DNA of 64,000 nucleotides from Naegleria gruberi (taxonomy: Eukaryota): NCBI GenBank assembly GCA_000004985.1, contig GG738845.1. One strand, given 5' to 3'. Below are positions 34,240 through 46,094 of the stretch, piece after piece (position 1 is the first letter of the stretch; each line of letters opens with the position of its first letter). The position numbers and the translations under genes were made by a program. The notes beneath the pieces were generated by a model. The model did no database searches. It was not told the DNA's origin and saw only the letters and a program-made list of their open reading frames with translations.

Positions 34240-34591
34240 GGCACCTTCAAAATCACGTAATACTATATCATTGGAGTTTGTTATTTTAGAATTTCCACAA
34301 TCTTTATCAGCTAAAAGAATTGATATTTTTGAAACTTTCAATCCAGGAAGTTTAATTAGAATAATAGGATATTCAACAAATCCAAAAACTGATATCTACT
34401 CAACTCCATATGTTATTTATTCAGGAATGGCTAATCCACAACTAGAAAAAGTTTCTAGAATTAATTCTATTCAGGTTGGCAATGAATTCAGCTCAATTCC
34501 AATCAAATTTTTAAAGTTAGAAATAGATACAAGTGGAAATTCAGGATTTTATGAAATTGATGCTGTAAAGTTAATAGGCTATAGTTTTTAA
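34240..34591 (+). CDS. Same gene, exon 3/3: second repeat domain (…LEFVILEFPQSLSAKRIDIFETFNPGSLIRI…EIDAVKLIGYSF)
   Basis: 48-nt intron 34192-34239; stop TAA at 34589-34591. Confidence 0.65.
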
Positions 34592-35499
34592 TTACTCTTT
34601 TCCTTAATATCAAGTTTAACCATTGTTCTGAATGGATCATAATAAGTCATTTCAGCTTCTTCTACACCATGACCAAGTAAAGTCATATATTTCCACAATG
34701 TAGATTTGGCATTTGCTGCTATAGCTGTCATAATGTGCCAAAATACATGTAAATACAGAAAATAAACATTTGGACAAAAATAAAATTCTATTGCCCAAAG
34801 TATGAAAGCAACCAAGAAGAATACGAAATAAATTAAATAAACTCGTCTAACATTTCTAGAGCAGGCATCAATTTTTTCTTGAGAAGCATGTGGTAAAACC
34901 TTTTTAAACCATATCTCTAAATTATTTCCTCTATAAACATGAAGAGCTTCTAGTAGTGTTGAGATATTCAATAGAGCAGCAAAAACATAAACGAAAATAG
35001 AATAACTGTCAGAAACCCAAATAGTTGAAATTGAATGACCAACTGTCACAAATGTCAATACACTTGAAACTAGTATATTATACCATAAACATTCATCATC
35101 TTCCTTATTTCTCAATAAGAACATGTGTATTCCAAGCATTACAGCAACAACCATAGGAATTTCATCAAAGTATTGGAAAAATCTTGTAAGGGTACAATGT
35201 AATAGAGCACTTCCCAATCCAAGAATCATTGAACATACACTACTTAAAACAAATCTCCAGTAAAACCTATTTTTCTTTCCATAACAATATTTGAACGTAA
35301 AATAAAGATGAGAGATGGAAATTAAACAGTAAACCAATGAAGAAATGGTATTGGCAGGCTCAGCAATAAATGAAGTATGTTGGAAATTGGCTTCACAAAA
35401 ATCAACAGTTGACGTTATTAATGTCTTTCCTGCATCATCCCGAGAGTAGAAAGATGGATATCCCTCAAAAGATGAATGGCTTTGGTCTGCTTGAAGCAT
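34588..35499 (-). CDS. Alkaline ceramidase (ACER/YPC family), 303 aa, 7 TM
   Basis: STVDFCEANFQHTSFIAEPANTISSL matches the family N-terminal motif (DWCEeNY…yIAEfwNT.SN); C-terminal HVFWHIMTA matches the HxxWH motif; stop codon overlaps the stop of the convergent gene. Confidence 0.8.
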   Translation of the reverse strand: MLQADQSHSSFEGYPSFYSRDDAGKTLITSTVDFCEANFQHTSFIAEPANTISSLVYCLISISHLYFTFKYCYGKKNRFYWRFVLSSVCSMILGLGSALLHCTLTRFFQYFDEIPMVVAVMLGIHMFLLRNKEDDECLWYNILVSSVLTFVTVGHSISTIWVSDSYSIFVYVFAALLNISTLLEALHVYRGNNLEIWFKKVLPHASQEKIDACSRNVRRVYLIYFVFFLVAFILWAIEFYFCPNVYFLYLHVFWHIMTAIAANAKSTLWKYMTLLGHGVEEAEMTYYDPFRTMVKLDIKEKSN

Positions 35500-35720
35500 T
35501 TTTTTGTTTTGTTAATTGAGTGATTTTTTGAGGTGAGGTTGGAGATTAATTTTTGGTCCGACAGATTAGGGCGCACTAAATCAAGAACAGAACCTCAATA
35601 AGCAAGAGAAACAATTTTAGACATGACAAGGAGATTAAATTTATTTATTTTACAACAATTAGTGATTAAATTTACAATCTTTTGATGATTAATTTGCTTG
35701 GTGGTGATTGAGGATTCTTT

Positions 35721-36734
35721 TTACATCATTCCATTCTTCTTGTGTAAGCAAAACATGTCTGCAATTCCACTAACTTTTTCAAATAAATGTCTTTCTTCAT
35801 CAGAAGACATTTGACCATCTAATTCTCCCTTTCTTAAAATCCCCCAATTTGTAAAAATGAAGTGTACTGCCTTATCATGAATATCTTGTTCTTCTCCTCT
35901 TGTTGCAAGAGAAAATATTCTTCCAACATTTTTCAATGTAATGGAGGTAGACATTTTCTTTGCATATTCACCAACAATACCAATTAAACCCATTCTTTCT
36001 GCCAAATTGAATAATTCAGTTAAATCTTCATCAGATGAAATTCCTTGCTTCTCACAACTTGATTCAAAATCTTCAGTGTAACAATATTGTATTATTGCTC
36101 TAATATGTTTTTCTGATGATGGTTGGAATTGATCCAAATCAATTTCCATTGGATTTGACAACATATTCTCCTTTCTTTCTCTCATATATTTAGCAAAATT
36201 TTCAGGAGCAATATAAGGTGTTGAGGATTGGGGTGGTGTTGGTTTGTTTGAAACTTGAGAAAGTACATTTCTAAATTTTGTACAATGACAAGCTAAAACC
36301 AATCTATGCATTTGAATTGGTTGTTTTAAATATTTTGATTTAAGAGCCAAATCTGCTAGAGGCATCTTTTCATAAATGGTTGGCATTGAATACTTTATCC
36401 ATTTTGAGGTTGAGGTACCGGATGTTTTGAGAAACTCTTCAACCTTTTTATATTGAGGAAACTCCTTGTCAATTTTACCAGTTAAAATATATTCTAAGGC
36501 TTTGATAGTAATGTCAGTATCATATGTTGTTTTATAAGTAATAATACCATTCTTCTCCTTCTTTAAAACTTGAAGTTCAGGTGCATTGTTTTGAATAAAT
36601 AATTGATAGAATGGAATAGAATCTCCTGTTGATGTTGTAAGAATGGCGTCATACAAGTGAGGATACTGATTATTGATTTCATTTCTTGAAAGTAAATATT
36701 TGATTGAGCGACCTGGATGTTTAGAGGATGACAT
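35721..36734 (-). CDS. Hypothetical 337-aa protein, possibly BTB/POZ-like (HRLVLACHCTKFRNVL)
   Basis: Uninterrupted ORF with an ATG start; weak BTB-like motifs. Confidence 0.5.
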   Translation of the reverse strand: MSSSKHPGRSIKYLLSRNEINNQYPHLYDAILTTSTGDSIPFYQLFIQNNAPELQVLKKEKNGIITYKTTYDTDITIKALEYILTGKIDKEFPQYKKVEEFLKTSGTSTSKWIKYSMPTIYEKMPLADLALKSKYLKQPIQMHRLVLACHCTKFRNVLSQVSNKPTPPQSSTPYIAPENFAKYMRERKENMLSNPMEIDLDQFQPSSEKHIRAIIQYCYTEDFESSCEKQGISSDEDLTELFNLAERMGLIGIVGEYAKKMSTSITLKNVGRIFSLATRGEEQDIHDKAVHFIFTNWGILRKGELDGQMSSDEERHLFEKVSGIADMFCLHKKNGMM

Positions 36735-36886
36735 TTTTTTCTTTCTTTTTGAAAACTTACAATATTATGACCACAATTTAAACACTAAAGTTGACCACAG
36801 ATGATTTAATAATTGAAGTTGAAAGATGGAGGAGATAGACACGAGTCCTCTCTTCAGAGATAAGGTGCGGATGTATAGTAAGAATA

Positions 36887-37324
36887 TTAAGAAATTACTT
36901 TGGAAATTGCTCTAAATACTGTTGATACCCACAACATGTAAATCATATGAACCAATACAACAATACCCAATAGAATAAATCCGTTTGTTTTCTTTACAAC
37001 TTGTTTTGGTCCTGATACATTTTGTAAACTTGTTTCAGCTGTTCTTGAATAAAAAGTCAAACCAAAATTAATACTTCCTGATAACCCAATTGTAAAATAT
37101 AACAAGTATGGAATAATTGTCGATAAAGATCCAGCTCCATATAAAACAAAAACGACAACTTGAATGAGGCAAATAGGCACAAGTTGATATCCTGTAATGC
37201 ATAAAATAGAAATTAAACTTAAATTACATCCAAGAATTAATCCAGCAATAAGGAAGAAAATAGATGCACCAATCCAATAAACAAATGATGCGAATAAACT
37301 TGTTCCAATCAATGTTCCTTCATT
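36887..37324 (-). CDS. Yip1-domain (YIPF) membrane protein, exon 2/2 (5 TM)
   Basis: Acceptor …aaattggaaag at 37325-37326; NEGTLIGTSLFASFVYWIGASIFFLIAGLILG…. Confidence 0.65.
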   Translation of the reverse strand, partial: NEGTLIGTSLFASFVYWIGASIFFLIAGLILGCNLSLISILCITGYQLVPICLIQVVVFVLYGAGSLSTIIPYLLYFTIGLSGSINFGLTFYSRTAETSLQNVSGPKQVVKKTNGFILLGIVVLVHMIYMLWVSTVFRAISKVIS

Positions 37325-37487
37325 CTTTCCAATTTGATTATATTTAATAATTATTGTTAGAAGGTTTCAATAACATATTGTTAATAGATTTGATGATTAA
37401 TTATAATGTGTGAGTATTAATTGCAATAAAACAATCAAATTTTCATTATTATTGTTAGTATATTAATTTCCTTTAAAATAAACCTAC

Positions 37488-37946
37488 AACATGAACATCA
37501 GAAAACTTCATTTGAAAATCTAATATTATAGCTAAAGTAAATGTAGCAACAAGTGGAACAAATAAATCCGGTTCCTCAATGTGATTGATCATGGGGTTAA
37601 GAGGTTTAACAGAGTTGATTATTCTCTGAAAAACTTGTTTTTCTTCTAAATTAATAAAGTATGGTTTTAAAAATCCGAAGGAAAACCATGATGGTACGAC
37701 TTTGGAAGTTGTGCTTTGTAGCATTGATTTAGCAAATTGAAATTGAAAAGAATTCGTAAGCTCATCCTCATCTTGATCTGGTATTGTTGGTGTGGATGTT
37801 TTCGTTGTCTTGGGTTTACTTTCTTCCAGTGATGAGAGGTTTTCATCAAAGTTTGATTCTATCCAATCAGAGTTGTTATTATTCATGATGATATTTTTTA
37901 ATAAAATATTATTAACAAAATATTCGGAAAGAAATAAAATCTTCAT
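37488..37946 (-). CDS. Yip1-domain protein, exon 1/2 (acidic/Ser-Thr-rich N-terminus, …EEPDLFVPLVATFTLAIILDF…HV)
   Basis: ATG at 37946, alternative ATG at 37886; GTAGGT donor at 37487; 163-nt intron; EPDLFVPL resembles the Yip1 DLYGP motif. Confidence 0.6.
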
Positions 37947-38129
37947 AATAAATCATCTTTAAAAGTTGAATCATTTAATAAACTAAATAATTAGTGATAA
38001 TAAGTCATCTTTATAATGAAAACATTTGGGAGGGGAAAGTGAAAAACCAACAGATAGAACTTCAACAAAAAATGGCACCTCATAAACGCATAGGACAAAT
38101 TTAATTTCTCTTTTGAATTTTTAAAAAAA
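37947..38129. promoter_or_regulatory. 183-bp bidirectional promoter region (Yip1 gene divergent from RPAC1)
   Basis: Divergent ATGs at 37946 and 38130. Confidence 0.5.
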
Positions 38130-39482
38130 ATGACTAAGAAGAACAATCCATCTCTCCCACCACAAGTGGAGGATTTGAGAACAAGAGTTCGTGTTGGTAG
38201 ACACGCTCCTACACAAACATCAACAATTAGCTATCACTCTAGTTTTCAAAATTTAAATTATGATAATAGTTTTTCTTTAGAGGACTTTCAAGAAAACTTA
38301 CGGATTAATATTCTTAAACGTGATGAAAATGATTTAGTATTTGAAATGATTGGAATTGATGCTCCTATTGCTAATGCTTTCAGAAGAATTATGTTATCCG
38401 AAGTTCCATCTATGGCTATTGAAAAAGTTGTTTATTTAACAAATACATCTATTATTCAAGATGAAGTCCTTGCTCATAGAATTGGTTTGGTACCAATTAG
38501 ATGCGATCCAGACTTTTTCTTCTTTGCTAGGGATATTAATCAAAATGAAGATATTAGTGCATTTGCTCCTCCACAAGAAAGCAAGTACAAAAACACGAAT
38601 GTTGACTCTGATGATTCTGATGATGATGAAATTCATCCACCTTTACCAACAATGGCTACCTATGCACCATCTTTAGCAAACAAATCTACACCTTTTTGGC
38701 AACCTCCAGAAGTTTTACTTGATAACGAATATATTTTATTTGAGTTGAATGTTACTTGTGAAAAGACATTGGTTCCAAATCCACATAACCAAAACAAACT
38801 TGAATACAAGCATTCTAAAGTCTATTCAGGTGATTTAAAGTGGGTTCCAATAGGAAATCAATCAACTCACTTCAATGGAGAAAATGCAATTAGACCTGTT
38901 TATGATGATATTTTATTAGCCAAGTTGAATCCTGGACAATCTATTCACGTACAATGTTATTGTGTTAAAGGAATTGGTAGAAGTCATGCTAAATGGCAAC
39001 CTGTTGCTACTGCTACATATCGTTTAATGCCAGAAGTTGTTTTTAAAGGAGAACCTGTTACTGAACTTAAACAAGCTAAGGAACTTGTTGAAAAATGTCC
39101 AATGAATGTATTTGATATTGAAGATTCTCCACAAACAGAATTTGATTCTAAGGTTCGTGTTGCTCGTCCAATGAATTGTACAATGTGCAGAGAATGTATT
39201 CGTGAAGATAATTGGGACAAGAGAATTCAATTATCAAGAGTGAAAGATCATTTCATTTTCTCCATTGAAAGTGTTGGTTCTATACCAGGTGGACCAGCAG
39301 AAATTTTCAGACGTGCTCTCAAGATTTTCTGGCAAAAGTGTGAAGCACATTTGATTAATTTAAGAAATAATCCAATAGGTTCAAGACAAACTACTTCATC
39401 CGAAACGAATGAACAAGATGATGTTGAAATGAAAGAATCATCAAAGAAGGATAAGAAAAAGAAGAAGAAAATTTTACAATAA
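38130..39482 (+). CDS. RPAC1: DNA-directed RNA polymerase I/III subunit RPAC1 (AC40), 450 aa, single exon
   Basis: LVFEMIGIDAPIANAFRRIMLSEVPSMAIEKVVYLTNTSIIQDEVLAHRIGLVPI, the RPAC1/Rpb3 dimerisation domain; aaaaaaaATG context. Confidence 0.85.
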   Translation: MTKKNNPSLPPQVEDLRTRVRVGRHAPTQTSTISYHSSFQNLNYDNSFSLEDFQENLRINILKRDENDLVFEMIGIDAPIANAFRRIMLSEVPSMAIEKVVYLTNTSIIQDEVLAHRIGLVPIRCDPDFFFFARDINQNEDISAFAPPQESKYKNTNVDSDDSDDDEIHPPLPTMATYAPSLANKSTPFWQPPEVLLDNEYILFELNVTCEKTLVPNPHNQNKLEYKHSKVYSGDLKWVPIGNQSTHFNGENAIRPVYDDILLAKLNPGQSIHVQCYCVKGIGRSHAKWQPVATATYRLMPEVVFKGEPVTELKQAKELVEKCPMNVFDIEDSPQTEFDSKVRVARPMNCTMCRECIREDNWDKRIQLSRVKDHFIFSIESVGSIPGGPAEIFRRALKIFWQKCEAHLINLRNNPIGSRQTTSSETNEQDDVEMKESSKKDKKKKKKILQ

Positions 39483-39589
39483 ACTATTTTAATAATAATT
39501 ATATTAATAATAATTGAATAATTTCAACAAAATTAATTTCAGCAATTTGTTTGAACAAGCTTGTAAAAAAAAGAACAACAATAAAAAAA

Positions 39590-39640
39590 ATGACCAACAA
39601 GAGAAAAGCAAATGCTCCACCAAAAGATTTCAAGAAGGAA
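39590..39640 (+). CDS. TEX10: TEX10/Ipi1 (rixosome / pre-60S processing) homologue, exon 1/3 (MTNKRKANAPPKDFKKE)
   Basis: GTATGT donor at 39641; 42-nt intron. Confidence 0.65.
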
Positions 39641-39682
39641 GTATGTAAATTTGTGATGATTTAATAATAACAATCGGAATAG

Positions 39683-40042
39683 AAAAAAAAAGTGGGAAGA
39701 AAATTAAAACCAACAAATTATACAAATATCGAATTCAAGACAAAGGGTATTTATATGGCCCACCAAAATTTGAGAACTGTAGATACATTGGAAAGTAATT
39801 GGGTTACAAGCAGAAATATTGGATTACAGGATATATTTCCAAAGTTAAAACACTATAATGTAAAAACTGTGGTGTCTGCTATGAAAAGTCTTTTGGAGTT
39901 AGTTACTCTACATCCTATTGTCTTGAAAGTTTATTTGGGAAAAATATTAAATGAAATATCACATTTACTCTTAATGGGAGAAGATGAAATTCATGCAGCA
40001 TTATATAATTTCTTGAGTTATAGTTTACCTAAAATATCAAGC
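39683..40042 (+). CDS. TEX10: TEX10/Ipi1 homologue, exon 2/3 (KKKVGRKLKPTNYTNIEFKTKGIYMAHQ…)
   Basis: Aligns with the human TEX10 N-terminus ([28 protein letters not shown]…MHHYNAGVKQSALLGLKDLL); the ORF-track start 39692 is a GTG; GTAAGT donor at 40043. Confidence 0.7.
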
Positions 40043-40082
40043 GTAAGTTTGAGATAATTTGAACTTTTCCAATATTGTTTAG

Positions 40083-42497
40083 GCTTCTATCACTCCATTT
40101 ATATCATTATTAATGGCTTATCTTACATCGGGAATGACTCATCTTATTGGAGCTGTTAGAAGATATTCATTAAAGATTTTATCAAAATTTTTGGAACATT
40201 TTCCAATACCAATTTCCCAATATGCAGTTAGAGTAATGCCTAATATTTGTTACATTTTCATGTTGAGCAGAACAGGAGTCTTATATAAGGGAGCAAGATA
40301 TAGAAGCTTACAACAATTATGTGTTACTGTATTGGATAATTATCTTTCTGTTTTATTTGAAAATAACAAACTTGGAATACCATCCAGTAAAAAGGTTAAT
40401 CATACACATACACACAACCACATGAAAATGAACCTGACAAATATTAATTCATCATCATCTCAATCAACAGGTAATATTTACTTTTCTAACAATAGTTCTG
40501 AAAAGGCTCAATATTCATTTGATAATGTGGACCAAAAGAAACTTCACTTATTGAATCAATTGTTGACTAGAAAGATGGCTGTTCAAGATAATCTAGAAGA
40601 AAAAACAGTTAAGTTGGATGCTGAACAACTCCTAGAAGTTGGAGATGAAAAGAAAGTAGAACAAGAAGATAATGATAACAAACCATCTGAATTACCATCT
40701 CTTAGAAAATTATTACAAGAAGAAATGCAAATCAAAGTTTATAATTTAGAGGATGAAGAATCTATTGCTGAATTCTTTAAATTAATTTTCCATATACTTG
40801 TTGAGGTTTGGATTGAAATTTTTGAAGAACAAAGAGCTTCTGCAGCTAGTCACCATATTCAAACCGAATATGTGCTAACTGTTATCAAATCTGTCTTAGA
40901 TATTGCTTATCAACTTTTATATGCCTTTGAACACACTCAACAAGGTTCTCAAACTAAGAATATTAACAGCAAAATTGTAAATAAGGCATTGAAGAAATCA
41001 TTGAACCACTTTGTTACAAAGTTACCACTTCAACTTTCTTCTAAAATAAGACAAACAACAAATAGTATTGATAGAACCAATGCAAGCTTGCTTTCAATGC
41101 TATCATTTGCATTTGGAAAGTTTAGTACAGAAAAGGAAAGTAGCGAGATTACTTACAAAGAGTGGGAACTTGTTTATTTAAAGCAATTTTCATACTTTTT
41201 ATCAAGTGCAGAATCACTCAACTTGCATGATGAGGATTTTGCAAAACTTCTTGGATCATTCTATAGAATGTACAAATATTTACCACCTTCAATAGGAGCT
41301 CAATTATGGAAACATTTAACTAGTTTGTTTGTTAAACAAGGAGCTTATTCATCAAAGCAACAGTTAATTTTGGAATTCTTTGCTAATGTTGGACTTAAAG
41401 ATGAGTCAATTACACCTCCTCCAGATGTTATTGAACAGTGGGTAGCAGTATTAGTACCAATGCTATGCCAATTAGATGAAAAACATTATGAATTAAGCAA
41501 ACATATTCTTAATGTTTTACTTGGACTTGCTAAAAATCCAAAGTTCCAATCTTTCATATTGAAACAAGTCAATCAATCAATTGTTCCATTCTATTATGAT
41601 GAAGAAAAGAAACAATTTGGACCATTTGTAAATCTACCAAAATATTTACAATCCCTATCACTCCAGTTAATTTATTATTTTGATGTTTTACCTCCAGAGT
41701 TAATGAAACAAATATCAAGAGCATGCTGTAATACAGAAAAGAGACTAAATTTCGATTTGCTTACTCAAGTCATTGAGGTTGTGAGACATCATACAAACAA
41801 TGCAAGCAAGCAAAATAAGCTTAAGCCATCTGTACATATTAGTTTCCTGTGTACTATCCTGTGTTTTGTTTGCTCTCCAACTGGTGAAACTAACAACCAA
41901 ATTGGTCTTGTTGGTGTTGGTGATGTTATACAAGAAATCATTGTTTCACTTCAAGATTATTCCACTACTATCTTTTCAAAGTTGGTTCCTTTCTTAAGAA
42001 ATAATTTGGAAAAACAAGTTAAAACTGAAAAGCCAAATATTACACTATTGGGAGCTTTATTACAAATATCCGCCAAGACTATTAGTTGGACAAACATGGA
42101 GCAAATTGAAACAACAAATCTCTCACTAATTGAAGAACTTATACCGAAAGCTCTGGTTTGTTTCCTCAAACATACAATTCTCCAACAACGAAGATCAAAA
42201 TCATCTTCCATTATTACTAGAGAGATTTTAATCTCTTATTATCCAACCTTGAGAAATATTATCAGTTTACTAGATAATCAAATTTCAACACTTGAGCCTC
42301 ACTTTGTTTTGGATATTATTTTAGTTTGTATGAAAGTTGCTCTTTCTCATTATCATACCAATAAGGGAGAATCAACAACATTAATACAACAAATTGAACA
42401 GCAATGCAAGACACTATTTGAGAAGAATGAGTTTGTTGAGAATGAGTACTCATCAAAGAAGAATCAAATTTTAGGTCTTTTAAAGATGAATCAATAA
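40083..42497 (+). CDS. TEX10: TEX10/Ipi1 homologue, exon 3/3 (ASITPFISLLMAYLTSGMTHLIGAVRRYSLKILSKFLEHFP…)
   Basis: 40-nt intron 40043-40082, acceptor tttag; matches TEX10 [35 protein letters not shown]. Confidence 0.7.
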   Translation, partial: ASITPFISLLMAYLTSGMTHLIGAVRRYSLKILSKFLEHFPIPISQYAVRVMPNICYIFMLSRTGVLYKGARYRSLQQLCVTVLDNYLSVLFENNKLGIPSSKKVNHTHTHNHMKMNLTNINSSSSQSTGNIYFSNNSSEKAQYSFDNVDQKKLHLLNQLLTRKMAVQDNLEEKTVKLDAEQLLEVGDEKKVEQEDNDNKPSELPSLRKLLQEEMQIKVYNLEDEESIAEFFKLIFHILVEVWIEIFEEQRASAASHHIQTEYVLTVIKSVLDIAYQLLYAFEHTQQGSQTKNINSKIVNKALKKSLNHFVTKLPLQLSSKIRQTTNSIDRTNASLLSMLSFAFGKFSTEKESSEITYKEWELVYLKQFSYFLSSAESLNLHDEDFAKLLGSFYRMYKYLPPSIGAQLWKHLTSLFVKQGAYSSKQQLILEFFANVGLKDESITPPPDVIEQWVAVLVPMLCQLDEKHYELSKHILNVLLGLAKNPKFQSFILKQVNQSIVPFYYDEEKKQFGPFVNLPKYLQSLSLQLIYYFDVLPPELMKQISRACCNTEKRLNFDLLTQVIEVVRHHTNNASKQNKLKPSVHISFLCTILCFVCSPTGETNNQIGLVGVGDVIQEIIVSLQDYSTTIFSKLVPFLRNNLEKQVKTEKPNITLLGALLQISAKTISWTNMEQIETTNLSLIEELIPKALVCFLKHTILQQRRSKSSSIITREILISYYPTLRNIISLLDNQISTLEPHFVLDIILVCMKVALSHYHTNKGESTTLIQQIEQQCKTLFEKNEFVENEYSSKKNQILGLLKMNQ

Positions 42498-42507
42498 ATT
42501 AAGTTTA

Positions 42508-45500
42508 CTATATATTGGCTGAAGTGTTTGTTAATTTTACGAAATATTGTTGGACCAAATTGAGCACTTTTGGCTTACCAACAAAAACAGTTTTAAGCTC
42601 GTGGACAACTTGAATACACTCTAAACAGAGGAATGGGAATGCTCTTGATAATCTCAATAATGTATCCAATATTTCCTTTGCATTGGATAACTCTTCCTGT
42701 TGATTTGCTGAATGTTTGCTTGTAAAAAGATCAATACTTCCTTCTGGTGATGACATGTTGTTTGCTATTAATACAGATCTCTGGTTTGCAATTAATTTTA
42801 ATTTAGCAATGGCTGACCTTGCAACATCAATATATCTTTGTAAAGGATACTTTTCGCATATAAATGAGGCAAGTTGTACTGCAAACATTTGCTGATTAAT
42901 TTTTGGTTGATTAAGTAATTCATTAATAAAATCCATACATATATGGATTGAATCTATAAGGGAGACTGTAATAGGTAAAAGGGCAGGATTATAGGTTTGG
43001 AAGTGTATTAATTTAGATATTGGAGGATTTTCAATAAATCTTTGATGTATAAATTGGCAAATTTTTCTTTGAATAATTCTCATATCGGTACTCCCATTAT
43101 CTTCATGAATTGAAGAATTATCTTTGGAAAAAAGGTTTGGATTTAAATATTCTAACAAAAGTTGAAGAATAGTACTTTCTTGAACTTTAGAAAAGCTGTC
43201 TTTCAAGACAGCTTCATTTGGTACAACTTGTGTAACATATTTTGAAGAAGCAGTCATGAAAAGAGATAATACTTGTAAGAAAATATCCAATAATGGTGGA
43301 CACATAAAAACTCTTTGATCTACTTTGAATAATATCAGGATATTTTCATAGAAATTAATATAGGACATTTGGGAAGGGTTATATTCTTTTGGTAGTAGGA
43401 CCTGTGCTGTCTTTAATGCTAAAGACATTGGATTTGTTTTTGAAAACATCCATTTCCACCACTCTTTAAAAGCATTGAAAACAAAATGTCTAACATTTTG
43501 GAAATTATACAAAAGACCATTATGGTTAGATACATCAAGCATGAATAATATTTGGTCTTCGAGTTTCTGTGAAATTTGCTTGTCATTTCTTAGATCATCA
43601 AGTACCATCTTTGTTTTGTTTTGGTCTTTCATTGGTGTCAAAATGATTTCCTCAATAACAACAGAGGTAATATGTACATTTTCTCTTGTTTCGTAATGAA
43701 TCACACTCTCTGATAAGAGAGTTTCAAGATGGAATAAATATTGTAACTCTTCCACAACTGATAAAAGTTGACTATAAAAAACTTTGACTTGTCTTCTGTG
43801 TTCTTTGATGTATTTTACCACTTCTACAACATTACATTTCTCTATAATATTAGGTCCATATCTTTGTTTTTTAAAAATATTATTAACCGATAGAATATAA
43901 TACAATAATAAAGCTCTAGAAACTTGATTAGATTTTGGATTTTCAAAAATCTTGGCAACTTTTTCTTCTTTGAATAATCTCATTTCAAATATTATTGTTG
44001 GATGTGGAGTACAATTACTAATTAATTCATCAATTATTTTTGGAATGAGATGATGCAATGTTGAGCGTGGGTTATCAACAGATTGAATATTTTCGAGTTG
44101 TTCAAACACCCAATCAGATGCATCTACAGAATGCTTTCTAAATAATTTACTTTTCAGCATTCTAAAAACACACTGAAGCACATAATCATTGTCTGAAGTA
44201 TAAAAAGGAAGTGGAGTAACAGTCAATATGTCCTTGGCAAGCTTTTCCACAGGAAACAATTCAGAAATAAAAAGTTGAGAAATCTTATCTCCCAATTGTC
44301 TCTTCAATGTATTTTCGTCCAATAAATAACGTGATGGTTTGTAAGAATGTACTATTGTCTCACCTCCCGTTTGAGAACCTTGATTAGATGTACTTGTATT
44401 AAATGAACCATGGCCACTGTGTTTTGAATTTCTATAGACTGGATGAAGAGTATCCAATACAAAAGTAGAAATACTCTTGTAAAGCTCAGCATGAAAATTT
44501 GTGGCTAACAATAAGAGAATATTCTTAATAATAATTTTGTCAAAATGTGATGTACCTCCTTCAGTGTGCATAGAGTTGGCTACATCCATTAAAAACTTAA
44601 TAAAATCTCTCAATATAGATACTATATTACTGTTAGAAGAGTTATCAACTACCATTAAATCTGAAGAAAGTGACGCAGTCAAATTTTCTCCACAAATAAA
44701 TAGAAATGAGAATCTTAGTTTTGTAAGATGTATGCTAACTGGGATGTTTGGATTTGTGTTAATCACCATCGAAAAATCGTTTCTAAACACATTAAAATTT
44801 GAAAGAAGCATTAAAGCCGAGCATAGTCTCATTAAGGAACATGTTTCAGAAACAGATAAATCTTCTCTTTGGAGTTCACTAATAATAAGTTCTCTTATGA
44901 TTGCTTGAGTTTTTGTATTTTGTTTGATACAGTCAAACAAGCAAGATTCCGAGGGTTTAGAATCTGTAAAAATGTTATTAGCACCACTCTCAAGTACTAC
45001 ATTGAAGCAGTTATTGAAGAAGCTACAATAGTCCTTTACACAATCAAATGTTATTCCAAGACATAGATCTGAAAATTTCTTGAACTTCATACAATAAAAT
45101 CTAACTTTCTCTGCTATAACTCTAGAAAAAAGAGAGACTTGTTTTAGTATTGATTCCAACCTTGGTAAATAGAGACTTTGTGATGCAAATTCTCTTATTA
45201 AAAATTCAATTACTTCTTCTATAATATAAGGGTGGTTAAGCATGATTGAAATAATATATTTTTCGGAGAAACAATGTTGATTCTTATTTGATGATTGATC
45301 ATCTCCGAAATATGAAGGTAATTGAAGACTGAAAAGAAACTTGATTAAATCTTTAAATAACCAAGTCAAGTGTTCTTCATTTTGTAAATTTTTTCTCCTA
45401 TTAATTGCTGCCTGTATAATTGAATGATGATATTGGCCAACATTTGATGGAAATAAAAAGCAAGGCATTTGCATCAAACAAAAAGAAAGAATAAAACTAA

Positions 45501-45589
45501 TCTCTGTAAAGTATACATCATTACAGAAAAGTATACTACTTGGATAATTTGTTGTTGAATAAATTCCAAATATTTCCTTCAAAACCATG
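42508..45589 (-). CDS. Large alpha-helical-repeat (HEAT/ARM-like) hypothetical protein, main exon (1026 aa)
   Basis: Long ORF; family not recognised by eye. Confidence 0.6.
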
Positions 45590-45633
45590 CTAAAAAACTG
45601 TTGTTGGCAACTTGATAATCATCTTTAACCTAC

Positions 45634-46028
45634 CTGACTCTATTTTGTGGATCGGAATTTTCAAAATTGATAGTTATATTATTATTGATAGGATTTTGTT
45701 GATTATTAGTAATGAAAGTAATAAAATCCTTCTCAATAGAATTCCAATCAACTTGTCTGTACTTGTTGCAAAGTCTAGAATATTCATTCAAAAAAGGGGA
45801 ATTTAAAATGTTGTATAAATGAAGTTTGTTGTTGGAGTTATTTGGTGATTGGAAATGTTGATGGGAGAGGCAAGGAATGTAAAATTTTAGATCGTTTGCA
45901 AAAGGAGTCACTCCGTCAAATAATTCCAAATTACAATCGTTGTTATATACTATTTTCTTTAAATTAACAACTTCATGTTCTAAAATATCAAAAAGCCTAG
46001 ATGTAATACACTCAAAAAAGAGGGACAT
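45634..46028 (-). CDS. Probable 5' exon of the same gene (MSLFFECITSRLFDILEHEV…DPQNRV), joined through a 44-nt GTAGGT…ttttttag intron (45633-45590)
   Basis: Splice keeps the frame (…NRV|S|MVLKEIFG); ATG at 46028. Confidence 0.4.
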
Positions 46029-46094
46029 GTCACCAATGTATTTTTTTTAATCTAAAAATTTTATTAAATTATTAAAATCACAAACAAAAACTAA